A stretch of DNA of 62,750 bases, the filler included, from Nemertoderma westbladi (lineage: Eukaryota; Animalia; Xenacoelomorpha): the NCBI GenBank assembly GCA_032718475.1. It is 3 parts of 3 records of this genome, joined end to end, with 100 filler letters (N's around TTAATTAATTAA, not from the genome) between each part and the next. Parts side by side here need not be neighbours in the genome. Positions count along the whole stretch, not along the records: positions 1 to 27,799 come from JAUCBJ010001024.1; 2 more parts are not named here. One strand, 5' to 3'. A model generated the notes under the pieces. The model searched no databases, was not told the DNA's origin, and saw nothing but the letters and a program-made list of their open reading frames with translations. A program made the position numbers and the translations under genes. Shown here piece after piece: positions 1-12,139 of this stretch (position 1 is the first letter of the stretch; each line of letters opens with the position of its first letter).

Positions 1-137
1 GATCGAATTTATTAATAATTATTGTATGAAATATGATTGTATTTTTACATAATTATTAGTTCTATACTAATTCTCGTTGTCTCTTTTATTTAAAATAAAA
101 AGTCGGTTCCTTATCGGGCCGCTAGGCCCGTCACTAG
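1..137 (+). mobile_element. Probable Helitron 3' end
   Basis: GC hairpin CGGGCC-GCTA-GGCCCG (115-130) followed by TCA-CTAG (134-137) and a T, the usual Helitron 3' terminus. The 5' part would lie outside the window. Confidence 0.5.
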
Positions 138-945
138 TTATGATTTGTGACTTTCTATTTGAGCTATTTGGCAATACAATATATGTTGGGGCTATGAAAC
201 TTACAGGATTTCGCTGACTAACACATTGGAATATTATATTATTTGTACTTTAAGCTATAATTTAGTTTGTTTATTGGTGTGAGTATTTCGCAGATGGCTT
301 TGGCATTTGGGGAGATAAATACACATAAAATGAGTCACTAAAAAAAGCGCAAATAATATTTTAATATACAAGTAGCATGGAAAACAGTCAGTAAGAGGGA
401 ATAATTCTTGGGTAGTAATTAAATAATATGTTTTGTATTAATTTAAAATATATTGTAAAAAATTATCAATGTGGAATTAGACTAATCAGATACAATTATA
501 ATTTCAGTTGACTCCAGGGCTAGTCCATTGGAAAATACATTGGCCATGTGAAATGTAGAACAGACTTTATGTTGTTTTATTTCACTTTTACAGCACCTCC
601 TGGAGAAGTATATCTGGCTTTCACTAGGAACTATAGTAGTTAGTTACAGGCTAGGTTGAATATAAACAAAACAATAAACGTTTTAGTATCTGAGAAAATT
701 GTAAGATATGAAAAGCGCTATTAAACATTAAATAAATACATAAAAAACAAAAGTGAAAACCTATTCTTCACATATAATCTTCACGTTTTATTTTCACTAA
801 ACTTGTTACATGATCGATAAAGAAAATACACCAATCATGGGAAATGAACAGGTTACAGTGGCGGTGTTTTCTAACCATAACAATAAACGATACTCAATAA
901 AACTATGGTGATATATGGTCGATACAAAAAAATACTCCATGAGAC

Positions 946-1381
946 ATATTCACTCCATGAGCCTGCCAAAGTACAAGATTATGCACTGGCTGGTCCTCAC
1001 GGCGAAAGCAATGTCCTGCAAAGCGGAGGCGATTTTGTTCTAGCGTCAAGCTTGGGGGAACCAATGAGACACCTCCAATGTTATATAGTGTCTGGTTGGA
1101 GATGTGTGCATTGTACTTGACACAATGAACCCGGCGTAGCATTCTTGTGAATGTGCCATCCAGAGATTTGGTGTCCTCAGCAGTTAGAGCCCAGCATGGA
1201 CTCCCATAGAGGAGTACTGGAACTACTGCTGCTCTAAATAATCGGACCTTAAGTTTCCGATTAATTCTCGGTGACTTCCAAAGCCTGGAAAGCCTATTCA
1301 AAGCTGCCCATGCCTTTCCGAATTCGAATTACGTATTCGAAGGTCCTCACCTGTCTTCCGGATCCATGATCCCAGGTAACA
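946..1381 (-). pseudogene. RTE-like LINE reverse-transcriptase C-terminal fragment
   Basis: Near-identical to about 4853-5279. Encodes KVRLFRAAVVPVLLYG...RLRFAGHCFR, typical of the RTE RT C-terminus. Confidence 0.85.
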
Positions 1382-2385
1382 TGACTAATGGAACGAAACA
1401 GGGAGGTATACTCTCGCCGTTGCTGTATAATGTATATATTGACGATCTGAGTAAGGAGCTCACAGAGGCTGGTGTTGGTTGTTACGTCGACTGCATCAGA
1501 TTGAACCATATATGTTATGCTGATGATATGTGCCTGATTTCGAATTCTATTTTCGGTTTACAACGGTTAATTGACATTGCCGTTAAATATGCTGATATTA
1601 ATTCAATTATATTTAACACGAAAAAGTCTAAGTGTTTATACTTCCTCCCGAAAGGATCGTCAGTTATTCGGCGCCCTAATGTGTTTCTGTATGGTGTTGC
1701 TATTGAAATTGTAAATAAATTCAATTATTTAGGCCATATTTTACATTGTACAATGGATGATGACTATGATATTCTTAACCAAACTTGTAAGTTATATTCT
1801 AGAGCTAATTTTATTATTAGGAAATTTAGCGGCTGTGCAAATAATGTAAAAGTGCAATTGTTCCGTGCATTCTGTACCCCGATTTATTGTAATGCCTTAT
1901 GGGCTAGGCGTAATTACTCAGATCGTATCCACAGTAAACTTAAAGTAGCCTATAATAATTGCGCAAGGCGATTATTTGGGTTACCAAGAGTTACTGATGG
2001 ACAGACATCGAGTATTTCACTAGCGCTCGGTATGTTGAATATACCACTATTTATACATATCAGATATAGATCAGTAACCAGTCTATTTGATCGTATAAAC
2101 AAGATAGATAATACACTATTGCAAGCATTAAATACGGCAGTAGTTAAGATATCACGAATACGTGAAATGAAAGACCCTGTATTTCTAACCTAAATGTGTA
2201 TAATCGCGAACAATATGAGTAAATAGTTATTGTTTTTCTTCTTTTTTCTTTTTTCTTTTTAATAATATATTCATAGAAGTTAGTTACCATGTTGTATGAT
2301 ATATATATTTTGTGATCATATATAATAAATAATTTTACTATGTGCAATTGCATGAAATAAAGAATATAATAATAATAATAATAAA
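1382..2385 (+). mobile_element. 5'-truncated non-LTR retrotransposon (RT domain, 3' UTR, possible (AAT)n tail)
   Basis: ORF 1366-2193 has GTKQGGILSPLLYNVYIDDL, ICYADD and FNYLG RT motifs. An AAT run lies at about 2366-2383. Confidence 0.85.
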
Positions 2386-3491
2386 ATGGGCCTACTGTAC
2401 AGCTGTTAGTACAGTAGTATACACAAGTATACAAGTCTACTTGTCAGCTTGTTGTATTGTATAGGCCTACACAAGCATATGCCTATGTATAGGCCTACTG
2501 AAAATAGCCTATCTGAATATAGGCCCTATGCTATATCTGGCGAACTCACCTCCTTATTTAAAATTGTATCGATATTTGAAGTAGTTTGCAGCTCAAACTT
2601 CCAAAACATGATTTGGTACCCGGTATGCAAAGTTATAAATAATTCATAAATACTATAATAAATAAGGGACTGCAGAGCGGCGATAGCAGGATTAAAAATA
2701 TTTATATAAATAAAACAAAGAAATGTAGGCTTACCGGTAATGCTAAAATAAAGGCTGGAATTGAAATACCTAGGCCTACTGAAATACAGCAAAATATTAT
2801 TAGTTCTATAGAATAGACAGATAAACAGATAAAGTAATAAAGGCGAATTTTAATTAGACCTTGCAGCCTTGTAAAGAAGTTATAGGGCTGTAGGTTGGTA
2901 GGGCTAGGGCAGTAGGGCAGGGCTCTACTGTCAAATGTGTTACATCTGTACATACCGGTAACCGGCAGACCGGTAAGCAGCAAGCAGGTACCGTACGTGG
3001 TAAGTACAAAGTACCGGTACAATACCGGTTGCTTAAACAAATGCAGAATTGTTACCGGTACTGGGTACCGGCTGACCGGTTAGCAGGCTGGGAGGGCCTG
3101 ATGCCTGAGGGTAGTGTTTCAGTTCTGCCAGTACCGGTATGCAGTTGCAGTATGTAGCAGTAGCATACGCCAGTACGCTGTATCCAGTCTGCCAATCCAC
3201 TTTCCAGTCAGCCAATACAGCAGTAGGTACCGGTACCCTGGTACCTAACGACCTAATTTTATTATGTCAAATTCATTTCTTAATGTACTGATATATGTTT
3301 TTATGTCACACTAATGTTTTACTGTATATTTTTTTAGACTGAGACTATTCATGCAATATTGTTAGTTGTCGGTATTGTACATGGATTAATATTAAGTTGT
3401 AGGAAATTTAGTGTTGTCTTTCACCTATTAGTGTTAATTTTTAACCTTGGTGATTTTCTCCCTCTATTAATTATTGTATAATATATGAGGT

Positions 3492-3526
<35 letters not shown>

Positions 3527-3822
3527 AGTAATAATACCTGAATCCTGCTGTACTGTAATACTGCCTGACTGCTGTACTGCAGTACTGCTGTAGGCCTACC
3601 AACTGCCTACTGTAATACGTTCTGCTACTGGCAGACTGGTCACCTCCAACCTCGGCGCACTGCCACTTCACCGCAGGTCACCTCGCCGCAGATAATGTGC
3701 GGCGAGGTGTCTCACTGTGAATGCCATTTCGCCGCAAATTATCGGACACCTCGCCGCAAGTCAATATTAATCATTTATTTCTATATTTACAGGGAAGCCT
3801 ATTAAGTCTAGTTATGGCATTG

Positions 3823-4405
3823 GGGGCCGTCCAAGTATGACGTCTGCACTTTTCCCCAAAATGTTGACCCCCTCCCTCCCCTAAATCAGATGTCATCAGA
3901 TAGGCATTGACCCCCCCCCCCCCTCCCCCAAATCAGATTTAAAAAAAATTTTGTAATAAACTATTATATTATTATGAAGATTATTTAGAATTACTTGTAA
4001 ATCATTCAATTATTATTTTTAATCAAATTATGAATTATATAATTATAGTAAATTATTAATTAATATTATAACATAATAATAGTTATTCAATCAGCCAGGG
4101 ACTGATTCTATCCTCACTAATAGACAGAATTGTAGTACTGCAGTCTCTAACAATCATTAGCTTAGGATTAATGTTTCATTTTCAGGCGAACCCCAGTACC
4201 GCAGTACCCCAGTAAAGCACGCGTCCCAATCACTGAAACATGGTGACTGGTAACAGAAACAGAAGGTCGCACCTATCAATTAACATGCTGACGTCAGATT
4301 TTGGCTGACCCCCTCCCCTCCCCTCATCAGCACGTCATCAGATTTTCCCAACCCCCCCCCCCCCCCCCCCCCACTAAAGTGCTGACGTCATACTTGGACG
4401 GCCCC
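3823..4405. mobile_element. PIF/Harbinger-like MITE
   Basis: About 30-bp TIR GGGGCCGTCCAAGTATGACGTC(T/A)GCACTTT with one mismatch. 3-bp TSD TTG (3820-3822 and 4406-4408). No ORF. Confidence 0.8.
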
Positions 4406-4709
4406 TTGGACCGTATTATAAGAAGAAATAAATTAATATGGTAAGGTTTGTTGTTCTATTATAATTACTGTATTATTATAGATATACAGTGAGAGTATTT
4501 GAGTAACGTATGACATGACATGACATAGACCTACTGTACTGACTGACCAAGGCCATCTAAATAACAGGCCATGACAAGGACCATGACAAGGCAAAATTAT
4601 CATAGGCTGACTGCTTAATTATCAAATATTATATTTTCCACGAATGCAGGGTCCATCCAGGAGAAATAGGCTAGGACTAGGATCGGCATGATGCATTGCA
4701 GCTGCATTT

Positions 4710-5630
4710 TTAAGAATGCTGTGCCGGCTTATCGACAAAATTGTACCGCCACAACTCCCTATCACCCATGACATTTGCTAGATCATCCGCATCTTCAAGG
4801 CCAGTGTCCTTTAAGATGCGTCTCAAGAAAGTCATGGGCTGTCCACCATGCTTATTCACTCCATGAGGCTGCCAAAGTACAAGATTATGCACTGGCTGGT
4901 CCTCACGGCGAAAGCAATGTCCTGCAAGGCGGAGGCGATTTTGTTCTAGTGTCAAGCTTGGGGGAACCAATGAGACACCTCCAATGTTATATAGTGTCTG
5001 GTTGGAGATGTGTGCATTGAACTTGACACAATGAACCCGGCGTAGCATTCTTGTGAATGTGCCGTCCAGAGATTTGGTGTCCTCAGCAGTTAGAGCCCAG
5101 CATGGACTCCCATAGAGGAGTACTGGAACTACTGCTGCTCTAAATATCCGGACCTTAAGTTTCCGATTAATTCTCGGTGACTTCCAAATCCTGGAAAGCC
5201 TATTCAAGGCTGCCCATGCCTTTCCCTTATGTATTCGAAGGTCCTCACCTGACTTCCGGATACATGATCCCAGGTAACAGAAGTCATCCACATGCTCAAG
5301 CATACCATCTTTTGAGCTTATGCTCATCCGATCAGAGACTTGCTGAGGACATTCAAAGTTAACTGTCAAAATTTTGGTCTTTCTGGAGTTAATAAAAAGA
5401 CCAACACTAGAAGCAGCATGTTCTAATGAGCTGAGGAGCCGTTGGGCTCCCTCTAGTGATTCTGAGAGTACTCCTAAGTCATCAGCAAAGTCTAGATAAG
5501 TTAGGTACTTGGCAGGATTTCCTCGACTTCTGGAGCCAGTAGGTGCTATCATCACCCCATCATCATTATGATGATCTAAGGACATGCGTAGAACATAGTC
5601 AACAACAATTATGAATAAGTCTGCTACAAT
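4710..5630 (-). pseudogene. RTE-like LINE RT fragment (291-aa ORF)
   Basis: YLDFADDL, FCYLGS and RLRLAGHCFR motifs. 5' truncated, with no endonuclease. Confidence 0.9.
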
Positions 5631-6280
5631 CTGCTACAAGTGTAAAAAACTTTGGGCCAGTGATACAAAAAAAATCAGAAGATTTGGGTGGTGTGCGATG
5701 TGTGCGATAAATATTGGTCATGCACCAGCTGCTTACCAGTTAATTTCGATTACGATGCAGAATTTGTCTGCGATCACTGTTCATAAAGGAATTGCATGAT
5801 CTACAATACTGCTATATTCAATAAATAATTGATCTATTATCTTTTCTACCATAATAACTACCGGTATATTAATTACCACTGACTTGCCTCATCATAATGA
5901 ACATACTGTATTACGTTCCATTCCCTGCTGCCCTTGGCCGGGATTAGGGAATTATATAGATGAATTTCAAACTGCTTTTCTTTCTATTATGATATAATAA
6001 TTAATAGTATCAGAAGGTATATAACTCATTGGGTATTGAAATTGTCAATAATATGTTAAAATTATTTACAATTATTTGTTACACATAAATATCTGACAAG
6101 TGGGTGATGAAAAAAACAGCCTTTATTGTGTCTAAAACATTTAAATACTTAATGTGTGCTGGTTACGAGAGCAACCTCATAAGCAGACCTTGGTTCTAAA
6201 GTATTTAATCTGACGAATAATTTTGAAAATTTAACTTTTAAATTGAATAATATATAATATATAATAATAATACTGAAGAA

Positions 6281-6921
6281 GGCATGGGTGGGATCCGAAA
6301 CTTGTCATGCATGTTTCCCTTATCCATGTTACTAATCATGATTCATTTCAAGCACCCATCGTTTATCAGACGCTTGCAGTGATGTTCCGAAAGTATGGCA
6401 ATTTTGGAAAGTTTCAATTTTCCAGATGATAGTATGGAGGTCTGACTTGATGGTGGTACATAAAAATTGTACCACAGAACCCCCCTTTGTTATATCTAAC
6501 TATTTACGAAATGTTTTGGGCTACCCACTAATCAGACCACTCTAACTCAAGCCTCAAAAAGACAAAATTTGTCGAAAAGTCCAATCTTTGGCCACATAGA
6601 AAAGTTGGTCTGACAAGTGGGTGGTATTTATTCATGGTTTTAATGTGTATGAGACCTATTTATGTGTACAATAAACATATAATGACACTCCACCCACTAG
6701 TCAGAAAGATTTTCTGTAGGTTTCAATATGGTTTCATTGTGGATATGTTCGTATAAATCTCAAACTTTGAACTGGAATATCTCGAAAACCAATACACCAT
6801 CATCCAGTCATCAGAAATATTTCATCAGGTGTCATTTTATACCATTTCCGACCATATATCCAAAAATAAACGAAATCGATGACCCCATGCCACCGCGATT
6901 TGTCGAATTTGGATGGAATTA
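6281..6921. mobile_element. Degenerate Sola2-like non-autonomous element
   Basis: Right end ATTTGTCGAATTTGGATGGAAT resembles the TIR of the 12140-15371 element. TCTGACAAGTGGGTG-like motifs recur in both orientations. Left end and TSD not found. Confidence 0.4.
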
Positions 6922-7589
6922 GGCCTACCCTATAGCAGAGGTCAGCAGGTACCGGTAGTTAGTTAGTTCAGTAGTACAGTAGTTTCAGACTGCTGGACTG
7001 TGAGACTGTACTGCTGTACTGCAGTACTGTACTCAGGTACCGCAGTACCGGCTGACCGGCAGACCGGTACTATACTGCTATATCTCTGTCAGTCTGTATC
7101 TGTACCGGTATATACTAATATAGGCAGATGGGCCAACTCTGTACCTACTGTACAGTCTCGCTCTGGTCTACTGCAGTACTGGTCTAATCTGTCTGCTGGT
7201 CTGTCTGTGATCAGATAATGGATTCATGTAAAGATGAAAGCTTCACCGGTCAGTTGAAAGACTTGGAGAGACGGGTGGATGACTTAAATGCGCTCGTTAT
7301 CGGTCAGAATGGAAAGGACAACGTTAACGTGGATGAGGTAGGCCTATGTAAGTTATAGTTCATATCCGTACCGACCTGACCGATATGATATGATATAAGT
7401 ATGAAATACCTTATGTTATTGAGATAATGTTTATTGTTTTGGTTAGAAAAGCCCACCACTGTAACCTGCTCCTTTCCGTTAATTAAGTAATGGAGATTAG
7501 TTTATTGTTTTGGTTAGAAAAGACCACCACTGTAACACCATCGGTCAAGTCGGTACGCATATGAACGATAACCGGTATGTATCATCGTC

Positions 7590-7830
7590 TGACATCGTCT
7601 TCAGTTGATTTGTGTTTTGATGAATATTTTTCTTATACAGGTAGACCTGGGCTTAGGGGTCATTCTCACAAATTACTTGTTTCCCATTCACGTCTTTTAA
7701 TCTCAAAATACTTTTTTTCTAATACAGTAATAGGGTGGTGCCTGTATGGAACTCATTACCTCAATCTCTAGTAGATTCGCCAACCCCAAATATTTTTTCA
7801 GTTCGATTAATGGATATTGATTTTCAAGAT
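7590..7830 (+). pseudogene. CR1/L2-like LINE ORF2 3'-end remnant
   Basis: LRGHSHKL...KYFFSNTV then, after a frameshift, WNSLPQSLVDS. This matches the conserved RGH..KL...FFS.RV...WN.LP C-terminus. Confidence 0.7.
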
Positions 7831-10179
7831 TTTTGCCACTTTGACCGATAATTTCAATTTTTGGGCCCCCGTAAGTGCTATATTGCCTGGGTGGTCTTCT
7901 CCTCTTTCCAAATTATTTGTCTTTATTTTATGCAAGTATACAGTACGTTTTTTTCTGTGTAAATTATGTATTGTTGTTTTTGTATACAGGGCGAAGTACA
8001 TTACATATACTGTACGAATTATGCACATTGCATAGGAGTTTGAATTCAATGTGCTCCTTATTTTATGGTCGACTTTTACCAGGGTTAATCCGTGCGTATT
8101 TTAAATTTTTCTTTTTAATTAATATTGAAAATATTTTGTTTTACTTTAATTTTAACGAAATTAAGTGTAATTATTAAGTACCGATAATTTGTTCTGTGTC
8201 TCTAATCTCTACAGTACTTCACAGCAGTAACATGCTAATGCATTATTAGTTCATTAGTTCCTAAATACTGTATATTTAATTGTGCCTTTTAAAATGAATG
8301 TTTATGTGAATTATTAAAGAGTGTATTAAACTAAACTAAACTGATCGCTGGATCGTATACAATACTCTGATCTGATACTGATACTATAGTGTACCGGTGT
8401 AGCAGAGAATTTCCATCCCCATAAATATTCACCCCACGGATAAATTTCACTAGGCTGCCAGGCTGCTAGGTGCTAGGCCCTACTGCAGTACTGCCCTAGT
8501 CAACTAGTGCTGTAGTGTAGTGTCTGAGTGTATTTTCACGCCCCGGCTGCCGGGTTAGAATTCATTAGGCACTACATAGCAGACTAGGCTACTAGGGGTA
8601 ATATCCATTTGAGGCCAGAGGCACAGTGGTAAGAAATTTTTTGGTCGATTCCCCCTATGCCCGTCGCCGTCAGCCCGTCTGCCCGTGGCGAAACACTTAT
8701 ACTTTTTTTCAAACATGTACATACATGCACTGTAATACAGTACGGTAATATAATAGGCACTAATCAGCTAATTGCTTAATACTGTAATAATAATCTGACT
8801 TTAAACAGTTAAAAAAACGTACCTACTAAAAAATGATCGATTAATTAAAAATTTCTTATATACCGGTAGGCCTACTTTATATTATATATATCATATATAG
8901 GCCTATATATATATCCTATAGGCCTATATTATATACCCGGTACAGCGGTACCGGTATACTCTATATTCTGATATTGCTTATATCTGTATAGGTTATAGGT
9001 ATATAATTCTGTAATTACTTATAAATTACATAATTAACTAAAAAAACTATTATTAAAAATTTATTAACTATTAATTACAAGAATAATACTTTATTACTAC
9101 CGTCGTACATTACTACTTACTATATTGTAAAGTTATATATTTAAAAAGTACGATATTAACTAAAAATTATAATTAATACATGCAACTGAACTGAACAGTG
9201 AACAAGTATGGGCCACAATCTGACAATTTCAACTAAACCTATGGGACTGGATACATGACCGAACGTAATCAGGACCGAATGTAACATAATTTTTACGAAT
9301 CGAACGTAACCTCAATTATGTTACATTGGATCCTATAACTATGTTACATTGGATCTATAAATTACTAAGCCCGAATGTAACATACATTTATTTTTGTTCT
9401 ATCTATTTATAATATTTGTTTTAATTTCAGGGATTAACTGATGAAACGCGTCTTCGTTTATTTAAAGGAGGATAAGAAACGGATTCTCAATGATAACCTT
9501 AGAGTTGGGTAATTTAGAATCAGTAAGGGAAAGGAGCAGGTTACAATGGCACGTTATTCTAACAATACAATAAACGAAAACATAATAGAATATGTTACAG
9601 TTTTATTTTTGAAAAGAGTACAGTCATCTGTTATTTCTGTATGTTCGAAGTAACCCCCCCCCCCCCCCCCCCCCCCCCATTCCCAACGCCAACCTAAATG
9701 ATATAGTATGAATGATTATGTACGTACTGTATGTATGAAATAGTGTAATTCATAAAATTTAATACAGTGAATAGTTATTTAAATTTGTTTCGGCAAATAT
9801 TTGTTTGACTAAAGGAAAAATATACGTGAATATTGTTATTAAAAATTTGTTTCGTCAGATATTTGACTTAAAGGAAACAAATACAGTGAAATCATGTGTT
9901 ATTTGCGTCGAATCTACCCCCCCCCCCCCCCAGTCCCAACCTGAATGATACAGTATGTATGATTATCTACTGTATGTATGAGATAGTGTAATTCATACAA
10001 TTGAATACAGTGAATAGTTGATTCAATGGTTAAATTTGTTTCGTCAGATATTTGACTCAAAGGAAAGAAACACAGTGAAATCATGTGTTATTTGCGTCGA
10101 ATCGACCCCCCCCCCCCCCCCCCCCCCAGTCCCAACCTGAATGATACAGTATGTATCATTATCTATGTATGAGTGGAAA

Positions 10180-11450
10180 TGATGCTGGGTGGAGGAAAGG
10201 TTGGTGTGTCTGCAGGGTGGTGCTGGGTGGAGGCGAGGTTGGTGTGTATACAGGGTGGTGCTGGGTGGAGGCAAAGTTGGTGTGTCTGCAGGGTGGTGCT
10301 GGGCAGAGGCAAGGTTGGTGTGTCTGCAGGGTGGCGCTGTGTGGAGGCATGGTTGGTATGTCTGCAAGGTGGTGCTGTGTGGAGGAAAGTTTGGTGTGTC
10401 TGCAGGGTGGTGCTGGGTGGAGGCATGGTTGGTATGTCTACAGAGTGATGCTGGGTGGAGGAAAGGTTGGTATGTCTGCAGGGTGGTGCTGGATGGAGGC
10501 GAGATTGGTGTGTCTGCAGGGTGGTGCTGGGTGGGGGCAAGGTTGGTGTGTCTGCAGGGTGGTGCTGGGTGGAGGCATGGTTGGAATGTCTGCAGGGTGG
10601 TGCTGGGTGGAGGAAAGGTTGGTGTGTCTGCAGGGTGGTGCTGGGTGGAGGCGAGGTTGGTGTGTATACAGGGTGGTGCTGGGTGGAGGCAAAGTTGGTG
10701 TGTCTGCAGGGTGGTGCTGGGTAGAGGCAAGGTTGGTGTGTCTGCAGGGTGGCGCTGTGTGGAGGCATGGTTGGTATGTCTGCAAGGTGGTGCTGTGTGG
10801 AGGAAAGTTTGGTGTGTCTGCAGGGTGGTGCTGGGTGGAGGCATGGTTGGTATGTCTACAGGGTGATGCTGGGTGGAGGAAAGGTTGGTATGTCTGCAGG
10901 GTGGTGCTGGATGGAGGCGAGATTGGTGTGTCTGCAGGGTGGTGCTGGGTGGGGGCAAGGTTGGTGTGTCTGCAGGGTGGTGCTGGGTGGAGGCATGGTT
11001 GGAATGTCTGCAGGGTGGTGCTGGGTGGAGGAAAGGTTGGTGTGTCTGCAGGGTGGTGCTGGATGGAGGCGAGGTTGGTGTGTATACACGGTGGTGCTGG
11101 GTGGAGGGAAAGTTGGTGTGTCTGCAGGGTGGTGCTGGGTAGAGGCAAGGTTGGTGTGTCTGCAGGGTGGCGCTGTGTGGAGGCATGGTGGGTATGTCTG
11201 CAAGGTGGTGCTGTGTGGAGGAAAGTTTGGTGTGTCTGCAGGGTGGTGCTGGGTGGAAGCATGGTTGGTATGTCTACAGGGTGATGCTGGGTGGAGGAAA
11301 GGTTGGTATGTCTGCAGGGTGGTGCTGCATGGAGGCGAGATTGGTGCGTCTGCAGGGTGGTGCTGGGTGGGGGCAAGGTTGGTGTGTCCGCAGGGTGGTG
11401 CTGGGTGGAGGAAAGGTTGGTGTGTCTGCAGGGTGGTGCTGGGTTTGAGG
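10180..11450 (+). repeat. 38-bp G-rich minisatellite with 418-bp (11-mer) higher-order period
   Basis: Unit GGTGGTGCTGGGTGGAGGNAAGGTTGGTGTGTCTGCAG. Identical translated starts recur at 10350, 10768 and 11186 (spacing 418 = 11 x 38). Confidence 0.95.
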
Positions 11451-11607
11451 TAAGGTTAGTGTGTCTGTGCAATGCCAGAGCTAAAATGGAAACCAGGCTT
11501 TTATGTGGGGAGTAAAAAAGTATTGGGTAGTTATGACACAATCTATTGGCATTGGCATCAATTAATAACTTTTAAATTAAGACATATTTATTAAATTGTT
11601 ACATATT

Positions 11608-12139
11608 TATGACATTATAACATAATAGTTACGACATTATTACATAATAGTTATGACATTATTACATAATGGTTATGACATTATTACATAATAGTTATGA
11701 CATTATTACATAATAGTTATGACATTATTACATAATAGTTATGACATTATTACATAATAGTTATGACATTATTACATAATAGTTATGACATTATTACATA
11801 ATAGTTATGACATTATTACATAATAGTTATGACATTATTACATAATAGTTATGACATTATTACATAATAGTTATGACATTATTACATAATAGTTATGACA
11901 TTATTACATAATAGTTATGACATTATTACATAATAGTTATGACATTATTACATAATAGTTATGACATTATTACATAATAGTTATGACATTATTACATAAT
12001 AGTTATGACATTATTACATAATAGTTATGACATTATTAAATAATAGTTATGACATTATTACATAATAGTTATGACATTATTACATAATAGTTATGACATT
12101 ATTACATAATAGTTATGACATTATTACATAATAGTTATG
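11608..12139 (+). repeat. 22-bp tandem repeat (TTATGACATTATTACATAATAG)
   Basis: More than 20 near-perfect copies. The array resumes at 15372 to about 15470 after the Sola2-like insertion. Confidence 0.95.

Noticed and set aside
10044-11541. Many long overlapping ORFs (up to 380 aa) on both strands
   Set aside because: They are translations of the stop-poor 38-bp minisatellite; the same applies to 17869-18214.
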